Source: an uncultured Gammaproteobacteria bacterium (GTDB lineage: Bacteria > Patescibacteriota > Patescibacteriia > S139-126). Taken from it: 64,000 nt of DNA. Location of the stretch: assembly GCA_964620905.1 (NCBI GenBank), contig CAZUKA010000001.1, positions 647,646-711,645 of the forward strand, read 5' to 3'. A program made the translations under genes and the position numbers. The notes beneath the pieces were generated by a model. That model was given only the letters and a program-made list of their open reading frames with translations, ran no database searches and was not told the DNA's origin. Positions 16,953 through 25,797 of the stretch are shown here, piece by piece (position 1 is the stretch's first letter; the number at the start of each line of letters is the position of its first letter).

Positions 16953-17261
16953 CTAAATCGGTTTTAAATTTGGATGACGAGGGATGCTTATTAAATATTG
17001 GTATGGTAATGGCTCAATTAAACTGGGTAAAAATATATCTGGTTTAGCTTTGGCTTGGGGATTACAATCGGGACAATAAGGACGATCAATCGTCACTGAT
17101 TTAACTTCAATTCCATAATCAACTTCCATATCAACACTAACAAATAAAATTGTTGCCTTAGTATGAAGGCAACGCCAAATCACACCTACTTCTTCATCAT
17201 CATCCAGACACATTTTTGCGTGTTCCTCCAAGCGATCAAAATCTGATTTTACTAGCAGCAT
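16953..17261 (-). CDS. Hypothetical protein with a possible Zn site (CxH...CxxC)
   Basis: AAAGGTG SD; WRCLHT and PYCPDCN. Confidence 0.6.
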   Translation of the reverse strand: MLLVKSDFDRLEEHAKMCLDDDEEVGVIWRCLHTKATILFVSVDMEVDYGIEVKSVTIDRPYCPDCNPQAKAKPDIFLPSLIEPLPYQYLISIPRHPNLKPI

Positions 17262-17427
17262 TTATTCACCTTTCAATTTTTAAAGAAATTTCAACTTAAA
17301 ATAACATTAAAATAATCCAACGTCAAGACCAAAAAAATATTGGCAATTTGATTTGACAAATTAGGATATACTTATTAAAATCCTATATTAATCAATTTCA
17401 TTAACAATTATTTTACAGGAGTTAACA

Positions 17428-17586
17428 TTGAAAACAATTACTATCTTAAGTCTTATCGGTTTGTTCATTGGATTGTTCTTATTTTTTTACGGTTGGTTTG
17501 GCCCAATCAAAAAAATTGAAAATTCAATCTGGATAGAAATTATCGGGTTTTTTCTTATTATTGCTAGCCTTTCAATCATTGTCTGA
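17428..17586 (+). CDS. 52-aa two-TM microprotein (below the ORF-track cutoff)
   Basis: AGGAG SD, TTG start, MKTITILSLIGLFIGLFLFFYGWFGPIKKIENSIWIEIIGFFLIIASLSIIV; TTGACA upstream; terminator at 17601-17630. Confidence 0.65.
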   Translation: MKTITILSLIGLFIGLFLFFYGWFGPIKKIENSIWIEIIGFFLIIASLSIIV

Positions 17587-17600
17587 TGTTCAAATTTTAC

Positions 17601-17630
17601 ACTGCTGACTACTAAAGTCGGCAGTTTTTT
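17601..17630 (+). terminator. Intrinsic terminator
   Basis: ACTGCTGACT-ACTAA-AGTCGGCAGT plus T tract. Confidence 0.75.
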
Positions 17631-17664
17631 ATTAAAAAAACATCTAAATTAAATTTAGTTGTTT

Positions 17665-17686
17665 TCTTGGTAGCGCCACGGGGAAT
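17665..17686 (-). repeat. 22-bp duplication of the tRNA-Glu 3' end (att-like)
   Basis: TCTTGGTAGCGCCACGGGGAAT is identical at 17665-17686 and 17868-17889. Confidence 0.9.
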
Positions 17687-17870
17687 TCCGCGTCCTGCCG
17701 ATGGCGGTACTTGCCCTGGGTGTCAAACAATCCTACACTTACTCGGATTGTTTGTCGCTCGCTGCGTCTCCCACGTTCACGGGATCCTTGCTTGCTCGCA
17801 CCCATTCGATTCCCCTCGATAACTCCAATAAAAAGAAAAGGACTTAATACAAAATTAAATCCTTTTCTCT

Positions 17871-17945
17871 TGGTAGCGCCACGGGGAATCGAACCCCGGT
17901 TACCAGGATGAAAACCTGGTGTCCTAACCCCTAGACGATGGCGCC
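17871..17945 (-). tRNA. tRNA-Glu(TTC)
   Basis: Cloverleaf GGCGCCA.../TGGCGCT-A-CCA; anticodon arm CCAGG-TTTTCAT-CCTGG; GGTTCGATTC. Confidence 0.96.
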
Positions 17946-18083
17946 ATGTTTATCTTTTTTTTACAATAACCTAATTATACTAGCAAAAACTACAAATAAA
18001 TCAACATCTGATTGTTTGTTTGCTTGTCAGACTTATATTTATTATAATATATATACATTTTTATTATCTAAATAACATATTTT

Positions 18084-18572
18084 ATGTCCAAAATCAAAAA
18101 TCTATTTATCAAGGCTAAAGAAGAAAATGATTTGGTTGACGAGCAAACTGAAATAAAGGCAAACGACAACCAAACTTCAAATATTTCCCAACCACAAAAC
18201 GCGGAAACAACAAACGAATGGCTAGACGACGAAGATGTAGAAGGTCAATTGTCTATTGATGTTTATCAGGATAAAGACAATATTGTTGTAAAATCGACTA
18301 TTGCCGGAGTGAAACCAGAAGATATTGATATTTCATTACAAAACGATCTGTTGACCGTCAAAGGGAAACGCCAAGCGGATATTACCATCAAGCAAGAAGA
18401 TTATTTTTTTCAAGAGTGTTATTGGGGTTCATTTTCTCGATCGATTATTTTACCGGTAGAAGTAAAACAAGACGAAACAAAAGCCGAGCTGAAAAATGGT
18501 ATCCTAACTATCGTTCTCCCCAAAGCTAAACCGATCAAAGCAGTATCTATTAAAGTAAAAGTTGATGATTGA
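18084..18572 (+). CDS. Hsp20/alpha-crystallin small heat-shock protein
   Basis: IDVYQ, AGVKPEDIDI, ECYWGSFSRSIILP, AELKNGILTIVLPK. Confidence 0.93.
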   Translation: MSKIKNLFIKAKEENDLVDEQTEIKANDNQTSNISQPQNAETTNEWLDDEDVEGQLSIDVYQDKDNIVVKSTIAGVKPEDIDISLQNDLLTVKGKRQADITIKQEDYFFQECYWGSFSRSIILPVEVKQDETKAELKNGILTIVLPKAKPIKAVSIKVKVDD

Positions 18573-18777
18573 GGCACAAGTTATCAAAATTGAAGACACA
18601 CATGTAGTTCTCCAACTAGCTAATGGTGACGAAATTAATTTGGTAAAAAACTATTTACCCGACAATATCAAGGTGGGTGAAAAATTGATTATTGAAATTT
18701 CTACTTGGGAAAATTATCAAAACAAACAAAATCAAACTGCTCGAGAAGTATTAAATGAGATAATGACCCATGAATAA
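18565..18777 (+). CDS. Small beta-barrel protein, DUF3006-like
   Basis: VIKIED..VVL, LPDNIKVGEKL pattern; overlaps both neighbours. Confidence 0.55.
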   Translation: MIEAQVIKIEDTHVVLQLANGDEINLVKNYLPDNIKVGEKLIIEISTWENYQNKQNQTAREVLNEIMTHE

Positions 18778-20623
18778 AAAATCCAATCCGCTGAAATTAA
18801 GAAAAAACTTTGGGTTAATATTGGCATTAACCCTTTTTAGCATTTGTCTACTGTTTGTCTGGGGTGCTGGCTTGTATTTTGATTGGCGTTATCAAAATAA
18901 AATACTACCGCGCATAACAGTTGGTGGAGTAGAAGTTGGCGGATTGACAGAACGTGAGGCAATAAAAAAAATAAACCAACAAGCCGAACAAGTGCTCTCA
19001 CTAGGTTTGACTTTCTCTTACCAAAACCAAAAAATAACTGTCTACAATTCTTTACTTTCACTTGATGATCCGGATATGAACTTGGAATTGGTAGAATTTT
19101 ACCCCAAAGAATCTGCTAAGCAAGCTTTGGCAATTGGCCATCGACAAAACCCTTGGCAAAATTTATGGCAGGCCGCGAAACTATTAATGATTGGTTATGA
19201 TTTGCCGATTGTTTATGACTTGAATTTTCCAGAAATCAAAAACATCATCACTAGAGACATGGCTCATTTAATAACTTTTCCCAAAAATGCAAGTCTGGAA
19301 ATTACTGGCAATACTTTTACTATTCAACCAGATAATGACGGTCAAACCATAGACTGGTTGCTGACGGAAAAAGAAATACGACAACAATTGTCTGATTTAG
19401 AAAATGTAAACATAGCTCTGACTATCTCTAACCAATCAGCCAAAATTGATTATTTGGAAGCAAAATCAGTTGGGCCACAAATTGCTGAAATTATTAAACA
19501 AAAACCCAAACTTACTTTACGCTGGTCAGATAAAAATTGGGAAATTGATTGGGAAAAATTATCCACTTGGTTAGTTTTTTATAAAAACAATGATTTATTA
19601 GGGCTGGCGTTGGACCAAATAAAACTAGAAGATTATTTAGAAAGTGAGATTAAAAACAATATAGATCAACCTGCTCAAAATGCTAAATTTGAAATTCAAA
19701 ACGGCCGGGTAGTCGAATTTCAAGGCAGTCGGGACGGACAAATTTTAAATATCAACGAATCTATTCAAAAAATAAACAACAATTTTTTGAACAATGAGTA
19801 TGATACCGAACTAATAATCAGCCCAGACAAAGCCAAAGTCGCTACTAGTGATATAAACAGTTTTGGTATTACTGAAATTATCGGCGTGGGTAAATCAAAC
19901 TTTGCTGGCAGCCCCAACAACCGCCGCCACAATATCAAAGTAGGGGCTGATGCTTTAAACGGGCTACTGATCAAATCAGGCGAGGAATTTTCTTTGGTCA
20001 AGGCCTTGGGGCGGATTGATGCATCGACTGGTTATTTACCAGAACTGGTCATCAAGGGCAATCGTACTATACCAGAATATGGCGGTGGGCTTTGTCAAAT
20101 TGGCACCACTACTTTTCGTGCAACTTTAGCTTCTGGTTTACCTATTTTAGAAAGACGCAATCACTCTTACCGAGTAAGATACTATGAACCTGCCGGCACT
20201 GATGCAACTATTTATGATCCCAAACCTGACTATAAATTTTTGAACGACAGCCCCAACCATGTTTTAATCCAAACCAGAATTGAGGGCGATGATTTGATTT
20301 TTGAATTTTGGGGAACTAAAGATGGTCGGCAAATTGAGCAGAGTGAACCACTTATATTTAATATCACCGCTGCCCCGCCCACCACTTATATTGAAACCAC
20401 TGATCTTAAACCAGGTGAAAAAAAATGTACTGAAAGCGCGCACGCTGGTGCTGATGCTGAATTTACCTATACAGTAACCTATACTAACGGTGAGGTAAAA
20501 AAAGAAATATTCAAAAGCCATTATCGCCCCTGGGGAGCAGTTTGTCTGATAGGTGTAGAAGAAATATCTACTCCACAAACTGATGAACAAACTGCTACCA
20601 ATACTGATATAATTGTTAATTGA
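18770..20623 (+). CDS. VanW-family protein with peptidoglycan-binding (PG_binding_4-like) and G5-like regions
   Basis: N-terminal TM; NRRHNI, GEEFS, GGGLCQIGTT, ERRNHSY, GTDATI. Confidence 0.88.
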   Translation: MNKKSNPLKLRKNFGLILALTLFSICLLFVWGAGLYFDWRYQNKILPRITVGGVEVGGLTEREAIKKINQQAEQVLSLGLTFSYQNQKITVYNSLLSLDDPDMNLELVEFYPKESAKQALAIGHRQNPWQNLWQAAKLLMIGYDLPIVYDLNFPEIKNIITRDMAHLITFPKNASLEITGNTFTIQPDNDGQTIDWLLTEKEIRQQLSDLENVNIALTISNQSAKIDYLEAKSVGPQIAEIIKQKPKLTLRWSDKNWEIDWEKLSTWLVFYKNNDLLGLALDQIKLEDYLESEIKNNIDQPAQNAKFEIQNGRVVEFQGSRDGQILNINESIQKINNNFLNNEYDTELIISPDKAKVATSDINSFGITEIIGVGKSNFAGSPNNRRHNIKVGADALNGLLIKSGEEFSLVKALGRIDASTGYLPELVIKGNRTIPEYGGGLCQIGTTTFRATLASGLPILERRNHSYRVRYYEPAGTDATIYDPKPDYKFLNDSPNHVLIQTRIEGDDLIFEFWGTKDGRQIEQSEPLIFNITAAPPTTYIETTDLKPGEKKCTESAHAGADAEFTYTVTYTNGEVKKEIFKSHYRPWGAVCLIGVEEISTPQTDEQTATNTDIIVN

Positions 20624-20721
20624 TATTGATTTATTGACTATTTTGTTTTAATTGCTAAAATAAACTAGCTTTCAAAATTAATAAACGTTTGGCGGGCCTG
20701 CCCGCCGAATCATCAATGTAG

Positions 20722-20798
20722 GCGGGTGTAGTTCAGTTGGCTAGAACGTTTCCTTGCCAAGGAAAAGGTCGCCGGTTCGAATCCGGTCACCCGCTCCA
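20722..20798 (+). tRNA. tRNA-Gly(GCC)
   Basis: GCGGGTG/CACCCGC-T-CCA; TTTCC-TTGCCAA-GGAAA. Confidence 0.96.
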
Positions 20799-20935
20799 GT
20801 TATTTCAACCTTTCAAGATAAATTTTGGTAACGACCTGGAATCAAATAATAAACAGCAAGTATTTTTGCTGTTTTTTTATTTACTTGATTAAATATTTTT
20901 TTTTCATTAAACTATTATTGCCTACTTCAAAAACT

Positions 20936-21022
20936 GCCGGGATGGCGGAATTGGCAGACGCGTTGGACTTAAAATCCAATGAGAGCAATCTCGTGGGAGT
21001 TCGATTCTCCCTCCCGGCACCA
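20936..21022 (+). tRNA. tRNA-Leu(TAA)
   Basis: GCCGGGA/TCCCGGC-A-CCA; TTGGA-CTTAAAA-TCCAA; long variable arm. Confidence 0.96.
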
Positions 21023-21194
21023 CCTAACTTTGCTTGCTAATAATCAGTCAGATAATTAAATTTCAAATCATGGGAAGCTAAGCTTCCCGCCAAAAAAAGT
21101 TGCGCTCCTAAGCGCGAGAAAAATTTTTGTCGATCATCAGTACACTGAAAGTAAGACAATCTAGATTTGTCCTCTCAGTCTGACCGGCAGAGAC

Positions 21195-21231
21195 AAGAGA
21201 AACCCCCGACAAAATAACGGGGGTTTCTCTT
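21195..21231. terminator. Terminator hairpin between convergent units
   Basis: AAGAGAAACCCCCG...CGGGGGTTTCTCTT. Confidence 0.75.
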
Positions 21232-21503
21232 TAGAAAATAGTTTTTTTTAATTTTTCAACTGCGTCAACTGGCAAACAAATTCTTTTTTTATTGGTGGTA
21301 AAACCTCTGACTATTTTCAACTCGCTCGTGGGTATAGACAAAAAATCAGCCAACAAATCAAGTAATTTTGTATTGGCTTGACCTTTTATGGGCGTAACAG
21401 CCAATTTTACTTTTAGAAAATCATTTTGCCAGCCAATAATCTCATTGCAACTTGATCTGGTAATTACTTTTACTGTCAAAAAATTATCTTTTTCTTTGCT
21501 CAT
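21231..21503 (-). CDS. DUF167/YggU-family protein
   Basis: LTVKVIT, LKVKLAVTPIKGQAN, IVRGFTTNKK. Confidence 0.85.
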   Translation of the reverse strand: MSKEKDNFLTVKVITRSSCNEIIGWQNDFLKVKLAVTPIKGQANTKLLDLLADFLSIPTSELKIVRGFTTNKKRICLPVDAVEKLKKTIF

Positions 21504-22287
21504 TTAATAAACGTAATAGCCGATTATGAATCAAACCATTGGTGGCGATTATATCCGAACCAGTTAAATTCCAAGGTTGATTTTTAAAATCTGTCACCCG
21601 ACCACCAGCTTCTCTTACCAATAAAGCCCCAGCAGCTACATCCCAAGAATTAGCGCCGGGAATAACAATACTGTCAGCAATACCTCTGGCTACTCTAGCA
21701 AATTCTAAAGTGGCTGCTCCCAGCTGACGAATTTCATGTCCACTCATAAACATTTTTTGGTAATAGTTAATAGCTTGACTGGGAAATTTATCTTGGCTTG
21801 TACCATAACAATAGGTATGAAAACCTCGTTTTGGATCCCTTGTACCCGATACTCTGAGGCGATGATGATTATAAAAAGCGCCTTGACCTTTAATCGCTAC
21901 ATAAAGTTCTGCCAGCACCGGAGCATAAATCACGCCAATAACCACCTCATTTTTATAAACCATGGCCAAAGTTGTTGAAAATAAAGGATTTTTCATAACA
22001 AAATTAGTAGTTCCATCCAAGGGGTCAACAATCCACAAATAATCTGCGGCTTTTTTTACCAAACCCGCTTCTTCTGACAAAATACTATGATCAAAAAAAC
22101 TTTTTCGTAAGTGCTTAAAAATTATTTTCTCCGCTAATTTATCAGCTCTAGTCACAATTTGGTGTTTACTTTTTAAGCCAGAGTTAATTCTACCTGGACG
22201 ATTATAAATCTTTTTCAATTCCAACCCAGCCTCAGCCACAGCCGATAGAGCAACCCTTTTTGCTTGTTTGATAATCTTTGAATTCAT
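21484..22287 (-). CDS. suhB: Inositol monophosphatase family protein (SuhB-like)
   Basis: LSEE, WIVDPLDGTTNF, WDVAAGALLVREAGG. Confidence 0.85.
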   Translation of the reverse strand: MNSKIIKQAKRVALSAVAEAGLELKKIYNRPGRINSGLKSKHQIVTRADKLAEKIIFKHLRKSFFDHSILSEEAGLVKKAADYLWIVDPLDGTTNFVMKNPLFSTTLAMVYKNEVVIGVIYAPVLAELYVAIKGQGAFYNHHRLRVSGTRDPKRGFHTYCYGTSQDKFPSQAINYYQKMFMSGHEIRQLGAATLEFARVARGIADSIVIPGANSWDVAAGALLVREAGGRVTDFKNQPWNLTGSDIIATNGLIHNRLLRLLNEQRKR

Positions 22288-22784
22288 AAATTTTCCAATA
22301 TTTTTAATGACAATTCACGAGTAGTGGTATCCAAAATCGCGAAAGTGGCTTTATTGAACATGCCGGCCAAAGTACCGGGGTTTGCTAGTACTGTTTGCCC
22401 AATAGTTTGTAACCAAGGTTTATGGTCATGACCATAAAAAACAAAATTATACTTACCACTAACAGCTAATTTTTTGGCTTCGTTGGGATAATGATTAATA
22501 GCAATATTTAATTCATCAATCATAAATTCTCCCTCGTCACCATAAAGTCTGACCGAGGGAAATTCTGCTACTACTTTGGGTAGAAGTTCTCGATCGGCTA
22601 CATTACCAAAAATCATATGCACTGGTCCTGTGAAACTAGGTATAATAACTTTCTTCAATGTTGCCGGCGCACACAAATCACCACAAAAAATCAGAGCGGC
22701 AAAATTGTTGTCTTTGGCATAATCCAAAAATTTTTGTAAATTTACTAAATTGTCATGAGAATCAGAAAAAATTCCTACCAACAT
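22284..22784 (-). CDS. YfcE/MJ0936-family metallophosphoesterase
   Basis: SDSH, CGD, FGN, GHDH, NPGT. Confidence 0.9.
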   Translation of the reverse strand: MLVGIFSDSHDNLVNLQKFLDYAKDNNFAALIFCGDLCAPATLKKVIIPSFTGPVHMIFGNVADRELLPKVVAEFPSVRLYGDEGEFMIDELNIAINHYPNEAKKLAVSGKYNFVFYGHDHKPWLQTIGQTVLANPGTLAGMFNKATFAILDTTTRELSLKILENL

Positions 22785-22847
22785 ATACTGGCTATTAATC
22801 TTTACTTATTCTAACAAAAAAAAGGAGGGGTATAAACCCTTCCCGCT

Positions 22848-23360
22848 TTAAGCGACCAATAACAATGGTTTAATAAGTTGGTTGTGAATCTCGGCGATCA
22901 AAGCTAGTAGAGCTTTTTTATTGTAAAATATTTTTTCTTTTGGTTTAGTTTTATAAAAAACTACTTGCAAATACTCAATAACCACGATAATCAACCTGCT
23001 GTTGAAAAGCGACTCATAATTTTTGCTTTTAACCACTTCGTGAAAAAGTGCTACTTTATTTTCATATACCAACGGCACGTGTCTAAACATTTTTTTATCT
23101 CTAGTAAACAACCAAATCCGTTTATCAGGGTGGTTGGAAAACAACCAAGTAAAAATATCGGCGTCGGTTTTTTCATCAAATTGATTGACTGCCAACTGTT
23201 GGTTTAAAAAAACATTCATAGTGGACAATATTTTTTCCACTTCCAGCATGGTTTGTTTGGTAAACCAAACATTTACATCAAAAAAAGCGATGTTGATCAT
23301 AACGGGCAAATAAATATTCGACTCAGTGTTACTTCTTTTAAGGTTATTGGCTGACGGCAT
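22848..23360 (-). CDS. Putative PIN-like (Mut7-C/DUF5615-type) protein
   Basis: GAGGAGG SD before ATG at 23360; FFDVNV...KTDADIF...WLFTRDKKMF matches the D-x-N / D..I / TRD pattern. Confidence 0.55.
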   Translation of the reverse strand: MPSANNLKRSNTESNIYLPVMINIAFFDVNVWFTKQTMLEVEKILSTMNVFLNQQLAVNQFDEKTDADIFTWLFSNHPDKRIWLFTRDKKMFRHVPLVYENKVALFHEVVKSKNYESLFNSRLIIVVIEYLQVVFYKTKPKEKIFYNKKALLALIAEIHNQLIKPLLLVA

Positions 23361-23502
23361 AAACCCTCCTCTGGGATAAATGAAAAAATTGTTAAAAAAC
23401 AAAAAACGGGCGCATGGGCCCGTTAGAAAAAAACTCTGACCTCCTTTCTTTGGTTTAGGCAACTTGGCATGGGGAATATTTTCTTGTCTTTATCTTAACA
23501 TA

Positions 23503-24357
23503 CTATTTTCTAGCGCGCAATTTTTTTAAACTGTGTAAATCTTTTTTTACAACTTTTTCATCTTTCCAAGGAGTTTCCAAAATAAAATTGATTTCCCTTA
23601 ATTTTGGATTGCTCATCAGTGCAGCAAAACCTGATTTGCCAATTTTACCTTGACCAATATTTTCATGTCTATCTTTGTGAGAATTAAAATCTGCTTTTGA
23701 ATCATTAGCGTGAACCAATACTAGACGGTCCAGCCCAATTATCCGATCGAACAATTTTAAAGTTTGACCAACACTCAGCTCGTTGCGTAAATCATACCCA
23801 GAAGCAAAAGCATGAGCTGTATCAAAACATACACCCAAACGATGATTTTTTATTTTCTGTTCTACCAAATTTATTAACCTAGCAATTTCTTCAAAACTCG
23901 CACCAATTATTTGCCCGCTACCGGCTGAAATTTCCAACAATAATCGGTTTTTCCCTGTAAAATTACGTAAAACAGCGATCAAACCATCAGCTACTAAATT
24001 TTGGGCTTGATTGATTGATACATCCTTAGCACTGCCTAAATGCGTCATAGTAGCAGTCACTCCCAAACTTTCCCCGCGCTCTAATTCTTGCCTTACTACT
24101 TCAATTGAGCCACGACGAATCTGACTGTTGGTTGATGCAAAATTTATGTAATAAGGAGTATGAATATAATATTCAGTCAAATTTAAATCTAAACAGCGTT
24201 GCTTGAACTCTTTGGCTATTTGGTTAGTTATTACTGGCGGGGTACCACCTCGGGGTGAACGAGAAAAAAATTGAAAAGTCTCACAATCTAATTTTTTGGC
24301 ATTGCTGGGAGCGTTGACTAAGCCACCAGCCGCTGAAACATGAATACCAATTTTCAT
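23503..24357 (-). CDS. nfo: Endonuclease IV
   Basis: IGIHVS, HTPYYIN, CFDTAHAFASGYD, HANDSK, DRHENIG. Confidence 0.95.
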   Translation of the reverse strand: MKIGIHVSAAGGLVNAPSNAKKLDCETFQFFSRSPRGGTPPVITNQIAKEFKQRCLDLNLTEYYIHTPYYINFASTNSQIRRGSIEVVRQELERGESLGVTATMTHLGSAKDVSINQAQNLVADGLIAVLRNFTGKNRLLLEISAGSGQIIGASFEEIARLINLVEQKIKNHRLGVCFDTAHAFASGYDLRNELSVGQTLKLFDRIIGLDRLVLVHANDSKADFNSHKDRHENIGQGKIGKSGFAALMSNPKLREINFILETPWKDEKVVKKDLHSLKKLRARK

Positions 24358-25640
24358 TTTTTTTGTCTGATTATACCTTTTAAATAATTTATAACTTTGC
24401 GATTGGTTAAGGTATGAAAAAGATAATCACGAAAATCATCACTACCTAAATTAGCTAGTATCTGGGGCTGTTGTTGATAATTCTGCTGTAAAGCTTCAAG
24501 TTCCTGATCAATTTCTTCCTTAGTTGCAGCAATTTGATTGTCAGTGGCCAATTGTTTAGCTAGTAAAGCTGTCTTGACCCGTTTTATTGCCGCTGGTCGC
24601 CAATCCTGTTTTAAAGCAGTTTGATCTTTACCTATACTTTGTAAATATTCGCTTAATTTTAATCCTTGGGCTTCTATTTTATCTTCTAATTCATGCAACA
24701 TGCGATGTAATTCGTTGTCAACCAATATTTCCGGAATTTCCCCAAAAGTAGAAATATTCATCAACTCTTCCAGTAGCTTAACTTCAAAGTTTTGATCAGC
24801 TTTTTGTTGTTTATCTAGTAAAATATTGTTTTTGACCTGTTTCTTCAAATCATCAAGATTTTTATAGTCACCTAATTTAGCAGCTAAAGAATCATCCACA
24901 GGAGGTAAAATTCTTTGGTAAATAGACTTAATCTCCACCTCAAAATCAGCTTCTTTACCCGCTAAGTCAACCTTATAATCTGAAGGAAAGTTCAACTTAA
25001 AATTAAGTTTGTCACCAGTTTTTTTACCTACTAACTGTTCTTCAAAACCGGGTATAAAAACTTTATCGCCAACTACCAATGGATAATCGCGTCCCTGTCC
25101 ACCTTCTATTACAATCCCTTGGACTTTAACCGTAAAATCAATTATTGCCTTATCCCCTAAATTGATAGGGTCTAGACTAATTTTTTCTTCAGCGCGCATT
25201 TTACGAACATCAGCTAACACTTCGGCTATTTCCTTATCCTCCACCTTTGCTTCTTCCGGTTTTGTTTGTAGATTGTTTACTTCCCCCACAACAACTGTGG
25301 GTAATAATGCGATGACAGCGGTATATTCAAAAACATCGCCCGGTACCATTTTTTTTATTTCAATTTTTGGCTGACCAACCACTGCTAATTTTTCTTTTTG
25401 CAAGAGATCATAATAACTTTTTTTTACTATTTCATCAGCTGCCTCTTCCAATAAAGCCATGGCACCAAATTTTTGCTCGACGATTTTTCTAGGTGCCTGT
25501 CCCGGTCGCCACCCAGGTAATGGTTGCTTTTTGCTTAAACGCTTGGCAGCTTGGTCTAAAAAATTATCTAAATATTCAGCTGACAAGGTTATGCTAATAT
25601 TTTTGACGCCAGCTCCTTTATCTTCAATAATATAGTCCAT
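24354..25640 (-). CDS. tig: Trigger factor
   Basis: PGWRPGQAP ribosome-binding signature variant; FKBP domain FIPGFEEQLVG. Confidence 0.95.
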   Translation of the reverse strand: MDYIIEDKGAGVKNISITLSAEYLDNFLDQAAKRLSKKQPLPGWRPGQAPRKIVEQKFGAMALLEEAADEIVKKSYYDLLQKEKLAVVGQPKIEIKKMVPGDVFEYTAVIALLPTVVVGEVNNLQTKPEEAKVEDKEIAEVLADVRKMRAEEKISLDPINLGDKAIIDFTVKVQGIVIEGGQGRDYPLVVGDKVFIPGFEEQLVGKKTGDKLNFKLNFPSDYKVDLAGKEADFEVEIKSIYQRILPPVDDSLAAKLGDYKNLDDLKKQVKNNILLDKQQKADQNFEVKLLEELMNISTFGEIPEILVDNELHRMLHELEDKIEAQGLKLSEYLQSIGKDQTALKQDWRPAAIKRVKTALLAKQLATDNQIAATKEEIDQELEALQQNYQQQPQILANLGSDDFRDYLFHTLTNRKVINYLKGIIRQKK

Positions 25641-25797
25641 GGTTTTTAAATAAATATTTAAAGTCGGGTAATATTTAGCTTACCTGATATAATATTTTTT
25701 GACAAAACCTGGCCTGTTTTATTGATTTTTTGAGTTATTTTTGTTATAATAAACATATCATTTTATTAATTTAACGCCATTTTTTGGGGTTTTTTTT

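Noticed and set aside
17711-17911. 66-aa ORF across the tRNA-linked element
   Set aside because: Runs antisense into tRNA-Glu; a typical tRNA shadow ORF
20825-21040. 71-aa ORF
   Set aside because: Overlaps tRNA-Leu on the same strand
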